Shown here: positions 15,655 through 25,310 of the stretch, piece by piece
Position numbering within the stretch: the stretch's first letter is position 1
How the letters are laid out: each line of letters opens with the position of its first letter
Assembly: GCA_016929135.1 (NCBI GenBank)
Contig: JAFGJK010000013.1
Span: 285 to 64,284, forward strand
Source of the DNA: Spirochaetota bacterium
GTDB lineage: Bacteria; Spirochaetota; UBA4802; UBA5550
Direction: 5' to 3'
Length of the DNA: 64,000 nt
Notes under the pieces: generated by a model
Databases searched by the model: none
The model's input: only the letters and a program-made list of their open reading frames with translations
Told to the model about the DNA's origin: nothing
Made by a program: the position numbers and the translations under genes

Positions 15655-17490
15655 TCAATCGTCCTGTCCCCGTCCCGCCGGCACGCGCACCGTGAAGACG
15701 GTCCTCTCCCCCCGCTGAAATCCGCAGGAGCCGCCCAGCTGCTGCGCCATGGTCTTCACCAGAAGCATGCCGAATCCGCTGGACTCCCCGATCGCAAACC
15801 CCGCCGGGAGACCGGCCCCGTCATCGGAGACGGAGAGCAGTATCTCATCGTCACGCCTCTCCAGTCCGATCCAGACCGTCCCCTTCCTGCCCCCCGGGAA
15901 GGCATATTTCAGCGCGTTGGTCAGCAGCTCGTTGACGATCAGCCCGATGGGGGCGGCAATCCTCATGTCGGCATCCACCGGGGCCATCTCGGTTTTCACG
16001 GTGACGGCCCCCATGCCGGTCACGTAGGTCCGGGAGATTGACTGGGCGATCTGCCCGATGTATTGGTCGAGGCGTATCCCCATGTCGCTGCCGGTGCGGT
16101 GGAGGATCGAATAGAGGTTCGCCATGGATTCTATCCTGCCGCGAAGGTTTTCCAGGGCGAGCCGCGTCTCGCCGCTCATGGCCCTGTTCTTCTCAAGCCC
16201 CACGAGGCTCGTGATCATGGCGAGGTTGTTCTTGAAGCGGTGCAGGAGCTCGCGGAACAGGGCCTGCTTCTCCTCCAGGGCCTGCTCCAGGGCCTGCTCC
16301 ACCCGCCTCCGGACCGTGATGTCCTTTGACGTGCAGATCACCGACTGGACATTCCCCTCGCCGTTCCTGACTGGATTCATGCTGGCGATGTAGTAGCGGT
16401 CCCCGCCGGACCTCGGGAGGCGCACCTCTATCTCCCGGGGAACCCCCGATTCCAACACCTGCTTCAGGGTGGTAAAGCGCTGCTCCGCCTCCTCCCTGGG
16501 GAAGACCTCCCAGACCGTCCTGCCGACGATCTCGGAGACCGGCCGCCCCACGCTCTCGGCGAAGGTCCTGTTGGCGTACCGGTAGCGGCCGTCCGGGTTG
16601 AACGAATAGATTGGATCGCTCGACTCCTCCAGCACTATGCGGTACTCCTCCTCGCTCTCCCTGAGCACCCTGATGGCGGCCTCTCTCCGGAGCTCCTCCT
16701 CCTTCCGCTCTGTTATATCATGGATCACCACGGTGGCGCCGGTTATGGCGCCGCTGTCACCGTAGTAAAACATGTTCTTCAGGGTCACCCAGCGCGCGCT
16801 TCCGTCCTTCAGCCTGATCTCGTAATCGACGTAGGGTGATACGGGCTCCCCGGCGAGCATCTTACCCAGGCGCTGCCGGAAGACCCGCTGCCCCTCGCCG
16901 ATTATGATGTCGGGAAGGCGCATGTTCATAAACTCTTCCCGGGAATAGCCGCTCATCTCGCACATGTAGTCGTTCACGCTGATCATGCGGCCCGTGGTGA
17001 AGTCGACCTCGTAGATCCCCGCCGGCACGTGGTCCACAAGATGCCGGTACCTCTCCTGGTTCTCCCTGAGGGACTGCTCCCGCTCCAGAATCCGCCTGTG
17101 CGCGTCGTGGAGCCTGAAGGCCATCCGTATCGACGCCAGAAGGACGGTGGCTCCCGAGTGCTTCACCACGTAGCCGTAGGAGGTGATACGCTCGGTCCTG
17201 TGCACCACCTCCGGCTCGCTGTGGCTCGACAGAAAGAGCACCGGAATGTCGCGCATCGCCAGTATCTGCTCCGCCGCCTCGGTGCCGTCCATCCCCTCCC
17301 CCAGGTTGATGTCCATGAGCACCAGGTCGATGTCGTCCCTCTCCCTGACGATGGCCACCGCCTCCTCGCCGGTTGCCGCCGCAACGACGTTATAGCCGTG
17401 ATTTCCCAGCATGGCTGATTCGGACTCGGCGATCAGCAGCTCGTCTTCCACGAGAAGGAGCGTCCGCGATGGAGATCCTGTCATATTCAC
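15655..17490 (-). CDS. REC / PAS / PAS / HisKA_2 (HWE-type) sensor histidine kinase
   Basis: N-terminal receiver (LLLVEDELLIAE, DLVLMDINLGEGMDG), PAS repeats (YRHLVDHVPAGIYEVD, YRIVLEESSDPIYSFN), H-box LLHRFKNNLAMITSLVGLE, and an ATPase region (NELLTNALKYAF, DDGAGLP, GFGMLLVKTMAQQLGG). Confidence 0.85.
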   Translation of the reverse strand: MNMTGSPSRTLLLVEDELLIAESESAMLGNHGYNVVAAATGEEAVAIVRERDDIDLVLMDINLGEGMDGTEAAEQILAMRDIPVLFLSSHSEPEVVHRTERITSYGYVVKHSGATVLLASIRMAFRLHDAHRRILEREQSLRENQERYRHLVDHVPAGIYEVDFTTGRMISVNDYMCEMSGYSREEFMNMRLPDIIIGEGQRVFRQRLGKMLAGEPVSPYVDYEIRLKDGSARWVTLKNMFYYGDSGAITGATVVIHDITERKEEELRREAAIRVLRESEEEYRIVLEESSDPIYSFNPDGRYRYANRTFAESVGRPVSEIVGRTVWEVFPREEAEQRFTTLKQVLESGVPREIEVRLPRSGGDRYYIASMNPVRNGEGNVQSVICTSKDITVRRRVEQALEQALEEKQALFRELLHRFKNNLAMITSLVGLEKNRAMSGETRLALENLRGRIESMANLYSILHRTGSDMGIRLDQYIGQIAQSISRTYVTGMGAVTVKTEMAPVDADMRIAAPIGLIVNELLTNALKYAFPGGRKGTVWIGLERRDDEILLSVSDDGAGLPAGFAIGESSGFGMLLVKTMAQQLGGSCGFQRGERTVFTVRVPAGRGQDD

Positions 17491-17638
17491 CCCTTGGCAG
17501 GAGATTCCCGCACGCCCCCTCGGTTCCCCCGGTCAGGAGGACAGGGGGGCACAATGCCAGGGGGAAGAATTATCCCGTAAAATGCAAGATTTTTTCCCCT
17601 TGGCCCTTCGTCGGCCACGTCATTATGGAGCCGTGACA

Positions 17639-18394
17639 TCAGTCCAGCAGACGGCAGTTCCCCCGCTCAAGGCAGTCCCCGATGGTGTCCCCCCTCTCCG
17701 GCAGGCTCTCCACCATGTCGGTGAAGAGCGCTTCCGCCACGGCGGACGGATCCTCCGGCGTTGGCGGCTCGTTGAAGAGGTGGTAGAAGAACCCGTCGAG
17801 ACAGCCCCGCTCGCTATGCGAATCGGATACGACGATGCTCCTCTCGTGCTGCAGATACAGGTCCAGCTCGCCGGTTGCCAGGTTGAACACGTGGAGAGAG
17901 CCGTGGATCGAAGACGAAACACTGTCGGTGTAGACCGTCACGCTGTCGGCCCCTCTCCCCCTCTCCTCACGTATCGGCAGCTCTTCCCTGGTCTCATACT
18001 GGGACATCTGGAAGGACTCGATGACCGGGACGACCACGTAGTTCAGGCCGAGGGCTCCCGAGAGCTCCCGAACCGCCCCCGCCTTCGGCGACGTGCCGCA
18101 CCTCAGGTCCCACAGGAGTCCGTTGAGCAGCCCCTTCCCCCTCGCGTCGAGCCTGGAGAGGGTGTACCCGGCGCCCTGCACCGGCAGATCCCTTCTCTCC
18201 CCCCTGAACACCTTCTCAAGAAGGACCTCTGAATGCTCCAGCGTCCGGACCTTCGATCTGTTCACCGCCGGCGCGAGGTAAAGGTTCTTCTTCGAAAAGG
18301 TATCGTACAGAAATCCCTCCCGGATGCGGATGGTCTTCACACCCCCCGCGCATGAAATGCAGAGAAGGGTCAGCAGTGCCAGCGTCCGTTTCAT
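17639..18394 (-). CDS. Lipoprotein, function unknown
   Basis: MKRTLALLTLLCISCAGG has a lipobox. No recognisable domain. Confidence 0.6.
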   Translation of the reverse strand: MKRTLALLTLLCISCAGGVKTIRIREGFLYDTFSKKNLYLAPAVNRSKVRTLEHSEVLLEKVFRGERRDLPVQGAGYTLSRLDARGKGLLNGLLWDLRCGTSPKAGAVRELSGALGLNYVVVPVIESFQMSQYETREELPIREERGRGADSVTVYTDSVSSSIHGSLHVFNLATGELDLYLQHERSIVVSDSHSERGCLDGFFYHLFNEPPTPEDPSAVAEALFTDMVESLPERGDTIGDCLERGNCRLLD

Positions 18395-18531
18395 GCGTCA
18401 CCTCGACGATAACCTTTCTGAGCCGGGAACCCATCACCGGCCTTCATAAGTAAAGGCCAGAGGGGAGCCCGTGTCAACCGAATTCCGGGTGGCAGAGCTT
18501 CCAGGGGCACCCCCGGCCGGACACCTCCCCG

Positions 18532-19398
18532 GTGATGCTGGCCCCCCTCAGGGGTTGTGCGGCGGGATACGGGTCAGCACGTCACCGGGGGGAGGGGGAA
18601 TGGCATAAAGGAATTGACACCGCCGCGGCCGATGCGAGTCCCCCTTTCTCCGGGGAGAACGCGCAATCCCCCTTTCAGATAGACCTGGCGGTGGACATAT
18701 CCCTCACCGGGATCTCTGCGGCCGCGGCACTGGCCACCTACCTCTACGGCGAGAACCTCACCAGGACGCACTACTCAATCCGCTCCAGGAGCGGCCTAAA
18801 CCGGCTGGACCGCTCCGTGATCGGCAACGACAGTGAGGGTTTCAGGATCGCCGGCGATATCGGCTCGGTGGCGGTCCCCGCCGCGGCGCTCTGCATGAGC
18901 CTGATGGAATACCCGCGATGGGGATGGAACGGTGTCGCCGAGGACTTCCTGATCGTCGGGGAAACCCTGGCGATCTCCTCCTGCCTTGAGAATATCACGG
19001 TGAACCTGTTCCCCCGGCGGCGCCCCTACATGTACGACCTGCGGCTGAAGCTGCGGAACGAACGGCGCACCGTCTGGGACACACGCTCCTTCTATTCCGG
19101 CCATGCCGCCTCACCCTTCGCCGCGACGACGGCCTTCTCCTTCATCTTCACGATGCGCCGGCCGCAGAGCCCCTGGGTGCCTCTGGTGTGGGCGGCCTCC
19201 ATGGCCGCCTCCTCCCTCGTTGCAGTCAGCAGGCCCCTGGCGGGGGAGCACTTCTAGACGGACGTCATCGCCGGCTCGGTGATCGACGCCACCCTGGGCA
19301 TCCTCGTCCCTGTCCTGCACCTGGACTCGTTCCGGGGAGCCGGGGAGGTGCGGATCGTGATCACCGGAACCGGCCTGGCCGCCTCCTGCTCCTTTTGA
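18532..19398 (+). pseudogene. PAP2-family phosphatase interrupted by an in-frame TAG (19255-19257)
   Basis: PAP2 motifs: RRRP, SFYSGHAAS, and VSRPLAGEHF-TAG-TDVIAGSVIDATLGILVPV. Compare the canonical SRxxxxxHxxxD, e.g. SRVYLGVHYPSDVLAG. The same frame continues to the TGA at 19396-19398. Confidence 0.6.
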
Positions 19399-19402
19399 GG
19401 CG

Positions 19403-20215
19403 TTAAAAAAACCGTATCCCGGCGCTCAGGTGCACGTGAACATTGTGGAGGTTGTTCCTGTTCTTGACGCTGTAGAGCTCCTGTGGCAGTACCCCGCCGT
19501 CCCGGATGGTGACGATGTCCTGAAACAGCTCCAGCACCAGGGTGAGCTGGAGAAACCAGCAGGGGAAACCGCCGGAGCCCGGGAAGACGTTCCCAAGCCC
19601 CAGCCCCGTGATGTACCCCTCGCCGTGAAAGCGTATTGTGTAATCGTCGATCTCCTCGGAGAAGGCCTCGAGGTATTCCGGCGCCCGCAGGCCCCTGAGC
19701 CAGAAGACGCTCATGCCGTAGCCGGAGAAGAGCCTGAGGAAGGGATTGACCGTTTCCGAATCGTTGAAAAACGGGAGGCGCAGCAGGATCCCCAGATAGA
19801 GTGACGTGTCCCACATGTAGGCGCTGAAATCGTCGATCCTGAAATAGTGGTACACACCGTCCGCCATCATCTGGTAATTCACCACGGTCATGTCGTGGAA
19901 ATACCCGAAGCTGATGATCGCCCCCACTTCGATGCCCAGGTGGTCGCCGAACCAGTATCCCACCGCCGGCATCACGTGGCATCCCGCATAGCTCTTGTTC
20001 TGCGTATCGTTTGAGATCGATCTCACCAGGGAATAGCCGAGGCCGGTAGTCATGTACCATCCGGAACGCCATGTGGACATGGCGTATTCGTTGTCTTCCC
20101 TTGTCATCTCATACTCATGGACGGCGTCGCCGCCGTCCTTCTCCGCCCCCGCGGCGGCGCGGGGAGCCGGCAGGAGCAGCAGGAGTGATATCAGAAGGAT
20201 CGGCCTCATGCGCAC
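19403..20215 (-). CDS. Secreted protein, probable outer-membrane beta-barrel
   Basis: Signal peptide MRMRPILLISLLLLLPAPRAAAGA. Aromatic-rich alternating strands with the C-terminus SAGIRFF. It starts 3 nt after the upstream gene's stop. Confidence 0.6.
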   Translation of the reverse strand: MRMRPILLISLLLLLPAPRAAAGAEKDGGDAVHEYEMTREDNEYAMSTWRSGWYMTTGLGYSLVRSISNDTQNKSYAGCHVMPAVGYWFGDHLGIEVGAIISFGYFHDMTVVNYQMMADGVYHYFRIDDFSAYMWDTSLYLGILLRLPFFNDSETVNPFLRLFSGYGMSVFWLRGLRAPEYLEAFSEEIDDYTIRFHGEGYITGLGLGNVFPGSGGFPCWFLQLTLVLELFQDIVTIRDGGVLPQELYSVKNRNNLHNVHVHLSAGIRFF

Positions 20216-20218
20216 TCC

Positions 20219-21007
20219 TCAGAACCTGAACGAGAGGGAGATCACCATCGTCTTCCCCGATGGATCGAAGGAGGGGGAGAACCGGTAGTTGCTCCCCGGG
20301 AGCAGCGCGAAGGGGTTGAGAATGTACCCCGCAATATGGGCGATCGTATAGGGCATACTCAGCAGCCGGCAGCTCAGGTATTCCAGGGTCATCCCCACGA
20401 GGGCCCCCAGCACCGGGGTCTGAAACATGTCCTGGATGCTCGGCTGCTCCGTCACCACCTCGATGGTGAATTCGAAGAGGAGATGGGCGGCGAATCCCCA
20501 GAGAAGCGATCCGCTCTTGGAATACCCCCTGGAGCGGAAGAAGAGATAGTAGCATGTCCCCGACAGGGTATGGCCGATGAGATTGTAATCGAAGCTGTCC
20601 TTGTCGAAGTGCGGCTGGTAGATGTTGGTATACCAGTTCCTGAAGGAGCCGTGTTTCCTGATGGTCTCCCACTGGAAGGCGAAATAGTACACCCACTGGA
20701 AGGCGTAGACGATCCCCACGTTCACAAAGCGTTCCCGCAGGGTGATGTCGTTCCTGAGGACGTGTTGGAAGCCGGCGGGAGTGACGGACCGCTCCCGCTC
20801 AACTGCGGCGGCTGCGGCCGCCTCCGCCTCCGGCGCAACCTGTGGCGCCAGATCGTTCGGATTGGCCGCGATGGAGACCTGCATGATCACCGCGACGAGG
20901 AGTATCATCCACGGTCGCCGCGAGGAAATCCCGGGTGCGTGATGCCCGTCGATGGTGCCCGCTTCGGGATACGGCGCACGCGGCCGTCTGTTCCTTCTCT
21001 CCGACAT
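20219..21007 (-). CDS. Membrane/outer-membrane-associated protein (possibly DUF3943-like)
   Basis: Track ORF 20219..21205. I prefer the ATG at 21007 (MSERRNRR...WMILLVAVIMQVSIAA). The conserved-looking core is WYTNIYQPHFDKDSFDYNLIGHTLSGTCYY...EFTIEVVTEQPSIQD, and the C-terminus is ISLSFRF. The family name is from memory only. Confidence 0.5.
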   Translation of the reverse strand: MSERRNRRPRAPYPEAGTIDGHHAPGISSRRPWMILLVAVIMQVSIAANPNDLAPQVAPEAEAAAAAAVERERSVTPAGFQHVLRNDITLRERFVNVGIVYAFQWVYYFAFQWETIRKHGSFRNWYTNIYQPHFDKDSFDYNLIGHTLSGTCYYLFFRSRGYSKSGSLLWGFAAHLLFEFTIEVVTEQPSIQDMFQTPVLGALVGMTLEYLSCRLLSMPYTIAHIAGYILNPFALLPGSNYRFSPSFDPSGKTMVISLSFRF

Positions 21008-21169
21008 GCAATTCATCTCTCTACTCCCCGCGCCGGAGGCCTCCATCCTCCGGACCGTCGTTTCCGTGGCCCCGTACCGCCGGTGCTCCTCTTCCGTGGC
21101 GGCTGGGGACCGCAATGAGGACTGGTCCATCAGAATCCCTCCGATCCCCCATGGAGCAAGGCACAATTC

Positions 21170-21233
21170 ATTTAGCCAGCTAAATAATTCCCAGCAGATT
21201 GTCAAGCCCGTTTACTTAGCTAGCTAAATAATA
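21170..21233. promoter_or_regulatory. Two operator-like palindromes, TTTAGCcAGCTAAA and TTAGCTAGCTAA
   Basis: atttagccagctaaataat (21170-21188) and acttagctagctaaataat (21214-21232). ttagctagctaa is a perfect 12-bp palindrome. The site centres are about 44 bp apart, upstream of the 20219..21007 gene and downstream of the TetR gene. Confidence 0.4.
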
Positions 21234-21516
21234 ATATTTTTTCGGATTTTTTTCTGCATCCCATCATTGGGACCATGGAATTGACAATACCTGTTTGTCG
21301 CCCTGAATCCCCGGTCAGCTCCGAGAGCCTCGTCGTGAGCGATTCGCATTCAATGAACGATATTTTCTATGACGTACTCAAGGCAGATACCATTCGTCCA
21401 TCATTCTCCCCGGCTCATATTAACCAACTGTTCAGTTACTTTATGCTGATATCATTATTATTTATTGCCATACAAGACCATTCCGGCATCCCCGGAGACT
21501 GCCGGCCGGAGGGGAT

Positions 21517-22185
21517 CTATACCCCCCGGATCGCCGCCCCCCCGTTCACAATGCCGTAGAGGACCAGGTCCAGCACGCTCTTCTCGCGATCCTGTAAAAA
21601 TCCTTTCTCATCGGTAATTGGAATCTGCAGAAACGACTGCGCCAGAGGGAGTCCCATAATATGGAGGATCGCACCCATGCCGATGATGCTGACGCAGACG
21701 CTGTTGGTGTCGATATCGCGGAAGACACCGGCGTCCTTCCCCTTTTCGACGACCTCCTTGATCCTGTCGATTACGTTGAGCGCGGGGTTTACGGTACTGC
21801 GGCTCCTGTTCATTGCCCGCACCACCATCTCCGGCTCCTTCACAACCGCGTCGATTAGGATTGTGGTCTTCTCTGTGTTCTCGTTCAGCATCCGGAACAT
21901 GAGCAGTATCAGCCGCTCCAGTATGCCATTGTAGTCCCCGCCCTCGTTATTCTCCTGATCGAAATCGGCTATCGTATCATCGCCGATCGTCATGAAGAGG
22001 TGGCAGAGGAGCTCGTAGTAGAGGTTTTCCTTGCTGTTGAAATAGTAGTAGACCATGGCCTTGTTGACGCCGGCCTTCGCCCCGATCTCGTCCATGGTGG
22101 CGCCGTGGGAGCCCTTCTGGGCGAAAACCGCCTTCGCTGATTCCAGTATCCTGGTCTTGCTGTCGATTCTGTTTGAACCGCTCAT
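21517..22185 (-). CDS. TetR/AcrR-family transcriptional regulator
   Basis: N-terminal HTH: RILESAKAVFAQKGSHGATMDEIGAKAGVNKAMVYYYFNSKENLYYELL. Confidence 0.9.
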   Translation of the reverse strand: MSGSNRIDSKTRILESAKAVFAQKGSHGATMDEIGAKAGVNKAMVYYYFNSKENLYYELLCHLFMTIGDDTIADFDQENNEGGDYNGILERLILLMFRMLNENTEKTTILIDAVVKEPEMVVRAMNRSRSTVNPALNVIDRIKEVVEKGKDAGVFRDIDTNSVCVSIIGMGAILHIMGLPLAQSFLQIPITDEKGFLQDREKSVLDLVLYGIVNGGAAIRGV

Positions 22186-22202
22186 CTGGCCGTCTCTTTT
22201 TC

Positions 22203-22252
22203 AACGATATCGTTTGACTATAGAGTTTGACATTGGATTTAACGATATTGTT
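22203..22252. promoter_or_regulatory. Operator-like palindromes upstream of the TetR gene
   Basis: aacgatatcgtt (22203-22214) is a perfect 12-bp palindrome. aacgatattgtt (22241-22252) is an 11/12 copy 38 bp away. The partially inverted pair gactatagagt / gactctatcgtc flanks them. Confidence 0.4.
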
Positions 22253-22501
22253 TATTTATGGTTTTTTGACTCTATCGTCAATACTATATATCCTTTTTCT
22301 TATTTTTGCCCCATTCGAAACATTCGTTCTAATTGGAGGGACCAGTACAGAACCGGTACATGTCATTACGACATCTTCCCCCGCACAGTGTCTCCGGGGC
22401 GGTTGAACTCACCCATGACAAGGGGTCCCACATTACGGGAGCATACCGAATCCTCAATTGAATCCACGATACCGCTCCCGGGAGACCAGGCCTCAGGTTT
22501 T

Positions 22502-23500
22502 TCATCTCCTGTCCCGCACGCTCTCCCCCGCGAGGAGGGTGCCGTCGATCTCGGCCCGCAGGGGCCTGCTCCGGCGGTTCAGTATGTTGTCCCTGAGCCA
22601 GCGGGAGGCGAGGAACCCCATGTCATAGATCGGCTGGCGGATAGTGGTGAGCAGCGGCTTGTATACCCGGCGCAGCGGCGAGTCGTCGAATCCCGTCACC
22701 GACAGGTCTCCGGGAACGGAGAGACCGGCGGCGTTGAGTTCGTTGATCAGGTTCAGGGCCATGTAATCGTTGAAGCAGATCACCGCGTCGCATCCGCGCC
22801 CGGAAAAGGTGGTCGCCACGGCACGGTCCACGGCGAGGATCGAGGGGGCGTTCACCACCAGCTCCTCGCGGAAGGGGATACCCCCCTCCTCCAGGGCGGC
22901 CCGGTATCCCCTGAGCCGGTCGATGTTGTTGGGATTGGGCCCGTTCCCCAGATAGCCGATGGTGCGGTGCCCGACGGCAATCAGGTGCTCCCCCAGGGCG
23001 AGGGTTCCCTTGAACCAGTTGCATGAGACGTAGTTCTGGTCGGCGATGAGCCGGCTGAGGTAGATGCAGGGGATGCCCATCTTCGCCACATGGCTCCGCA
23101 TCCCCTCCGGCATGGCCCGGTAGGCCAGGATCACACCGTCGGCGCGGGGGGCGCCCCCGGTCCCGAAGGCCCCGGAGTCCGGTGATGCGATCACCTCGAT
23201 GCGCTTCTTTTCCCGGGGGAAGGCCTCGTTGATGGAGCCGATGAGCTCGGTGATATTGAGAAAGGGATTCACCGAGAGCTCCTCCTCCTCGGGAATGACC
23301 AGCACTATGATGAGCTCCGAGCGGGCCAGGGGCCGCTTCCGTCTCTGGAGAACGAAGCCGTACTCCTCCGCCACCTCAAGGATCCTTTGCCTTGTCTCCG
23401 CGGCGATGCCGGGCTTGTTGTTCAGCACCCTGGAGACGGTGCTGAGGGAGACGTTGCAGCGTCTTGCGATGGTTTCGAGGTTCAGCGCTTCCATCTTCAT
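22502..23500 (-). CDS. LacI-family transcriptional regulator
   Basis: MKMEALNLETIARRCNVSLSTVSRVLNNKPGIAAETRQRILEVAEEYGF is the HTH_LacI region, followed by a periplasmic-binding-fold core. The ATG at 23500 lies 1 nt after the fucI stop. Confidence 0.9.
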   Translation of the reverse strand: MKMEALNLETIARRCNVSLSTVSRVLNNKPGIAAETRQRILEVAEEYGFVLQRRKRPLARSELIIVLVIPEEEELSVNPFLNITELIGSINEAFPREKKRIEVIASPDSGAFGTGGAPRADGVILAYRAMPEGMRSHVAKMGIPCIYLSRLIADQNYVSCNWFKGTLALGEHLIAVGHRTIGYLGNGPNPNNIDRLRGYRAALEEGGIPFREELVVNAPSILAVDRAVATTFSGRGCDAVICFNDYMALNLINELNAAGLSVPGDLSVTGFDDSPLRRVYKPLLTTIRQPIYDMGFLASRWLRDNILNRRSRPLRAEIDGTLLAGESVRDRR

Positions 23501-23501
23501 C

Positions 23502-25301
23502 TCAATACCGGCCGTACAGCGGCCCGAAGGCGGCACAGGCCCTGAAATCGGCCCCCTGGGGATCCGCGGTGCCGAAGGAATCCCACGCCGCGGGCCTGAA
23601 GAGGCGCTCCGGCGCCACGTTGTGCATTGCCACCGGTATCCGCAGCATGGAGGCCAGGGAGATCAGATCGGCCCCCACGTGACCGTAGCAGAGGGCGCAG
23701 TGATTGGCACCCCACCGGTTCATCACGTCATAGACGTCCCCGGCATCGCCGCCGTCGGTCTCGGGGACGAAAAAGGTCCTGGGCCAGGTGGGGTCGGTCC
23801 TGCGCACGATCTCCCGCTCCATCTCCGGGGGCAGGTCCACGGATCTCCCCTGGATCACCTGCAGCACCGGCCCCAGGCCCTTCACCAGGTTCAATCGGGT
23901 CATCGTCATGGGCATCCCGCCGCGCGAGCGGTACGACGAGGAAAACCCGCCTCCCCTGAAGGTGGCCAGCTTCGCCGGTCCCCAGCGCGTCGCGGCAACG
24001 CAGGCCCGGGCCTCCTCCTCCGTGATCTCCCAGAAGGGCTTCATGGCCGGCTCCCCCCCCCGCTCCTGGCACCCGGTCCCGTCGAGGGCCGCGGCGCCGG
24101 AGTTGGTCAGGTAGATGAATCCCCCCGCCAGCGCCCCCCCGGGCCTCCTGCCGGTGACCCGCCGGATCGCCGCGGGGCTCCAGAGGGTGCGCACGTCAGC
24201 AAATATCTGGGCCGTGCCGGTGAGCAGCCGGCCGAAGAGCATCGACAGGGCGTTCAGCGAATCGTTCTCCGTGGCGATGATATAGGGCTCACGGATGCCG
24301 TTCCAGTCGAAGGAGGAGTTCAGCATCGCCTCCATGAAATCCCCGCTGGGCATGAAATCGGTCCACTGCCGCTGCCCCTGGAACCCGCCGGCGATGGCGT
24401 TGTGACCCTCCGCCTCCTCCTGGTATCCCAGGTCGGCCAGCGCCCGGTTCCCCACCATGAGGTCCCGGGCGATCAGGGCCATCTTCACCGAGGTCTCCCA
24501 CCGGCGCCCCCTCTGCTCCCGCGATTCCCGGCGATCCGGGGGATTCGGGTCCTCCGTCTCGATGCAGTGCGCCTTCACCCACGCCATGGCCCGGCGGTAT
24601 TCATCGCCATCGTAGATCTCACCCTCGATCCGTCTCGTGAACTCGGACATGTCCACGTACTGGCAGCGCATCCCCAGATAGGCCTGAAAGAAATCCGGGT
24701 CCACGATGGACCCGCCGATCCCCATGGAGACCCCGCCCATGGAGAGGTAGGAGGTGCCGCGCATGGTGGCCACCGCGACGGCGCAGCGGGCAAAGCGGAG
24801 CAGCCTCTCCCGCACGTCGCCGGGGATTTCGAAGTCCTCCTCGTCCTGGACATCCCTTCCGTATATCTTGAACGCCGGCAGCCCCTTCTGCGCTGCCGCC
24901 GCCATGGCGCCGGCCAGGTACACCGCCCCGGGTCTCCGCGTACCGTTGAACCCCCAGATCGCGGTGGGTACCGCGGCGTCCATCCCGATGATCTCCGAGG
25001 CGTAGCACCAGCAGCGGGTCACGTGGATGATCCCGCCGGCATACTCCCGCCGGAAGAGCTCATGGGCCCGCGCCGATTCCGCCACGCCCCCCACGGCGAT
25101 CTCCGGTACCACGCAGCGCAGCGGCCGGCCGCACGGGTGGCGCACCTCCTTCGACAGCAGATCCGCCACCGACCGGGCCATGGCCATGATGGGAGCCTCG
25201 AGGGATTCCCGGACGCCGTCTCTGCGCCCGTCGATCACCGGAAGGATGCCCATGGAGGGGAGTTCGTTGTTACGCCTGTTTTCCCATCGCGCTTCTGCCA
25301 T
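23502..25301 (-). CDS. fucI: L-fucose isomerase
   Basis: Collinear with E. coli FucI as I recall it: [81 protein letters not shown]. Confidence 0.9.
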   Translation of the reverse strand: MAEARWENRRNNELPSMGILPVIDGRRDGVRESLEAPIMAMARSVADLLSKEVRHPCGRPLRCVVPEIAVGGVAESARAHELFRREYAGGIIHVTRCWCYASEIIGMDAAVPTAIWGFNGTRRPGAVYLAGAMAAAAQKGLPAFKIYGRDVQDEEDFEIPGDVRERLLRFARCAVAVATMRGTSYLSMGGVSMGIGGSIVDPDFFQAYLGMRCQYVDMSEFTRRIEGEIYDGDEYRRAMAWVKAHCIETEDPNPPDRRESREQRGRRWETSVKMALIARDLMVGNRALADLGYQEEAEGHNAIAGGFQGQRQWTDFMPSGDFMEAMLNSSFDWNGIREPYIIATENDSLNALSMLFGRLLTGTAQIFADVRTLWSPAAIRRVTGRRPGGALAGGFIYLTNSGAAALDGTGCQERGGEPAMKPFWEITEEEARACVAATRWGPAKLATFRGGGFSSSYRSRGGMPMTMTRLNLVKGLGPVLQVIQGRSVDLPPEMEREIVRRTDPTWPRTFFVPETDGGDAGDVYDVMNRWGANHCALCYGHVGADLISLASMLRIPVAMHNVAPERLFRPAAWDSFGTADPQGADFRACAAFGPLYGRY

Positions 25302-25310
25302 CGACTCCTC

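Noticed and set aside
19255-19257. TAG in the PAP2 gene as a pyrrolysine or reassigned codon
   Set aside because: TAG terminates at least one other well-formed gene in the window (LOG, 48077-48079). No pyl genes are seen. A nonsense mutation, a sequencing error or local readthrough is more parsimonious.
21008-21205. N-terminal extension of the 20219 gene back to a TTG at 21205
   Set aside because: The extension (MTICWELFSWLNELCLAPWGIGG...) starts inside the palindrome region, uses TTG and lacks protein-like features. An ATG at 21007 followed by a signal-like hydrophobic stretch is more plausible.
21275-21559. 94-aa plus-strand ORF in the AT-rich gap
   Set aside because: It has no RBS and a heterogeneous composition, and its 3' end overlaps the TetR gene's end. 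The region is better explained as a regulatory leader.
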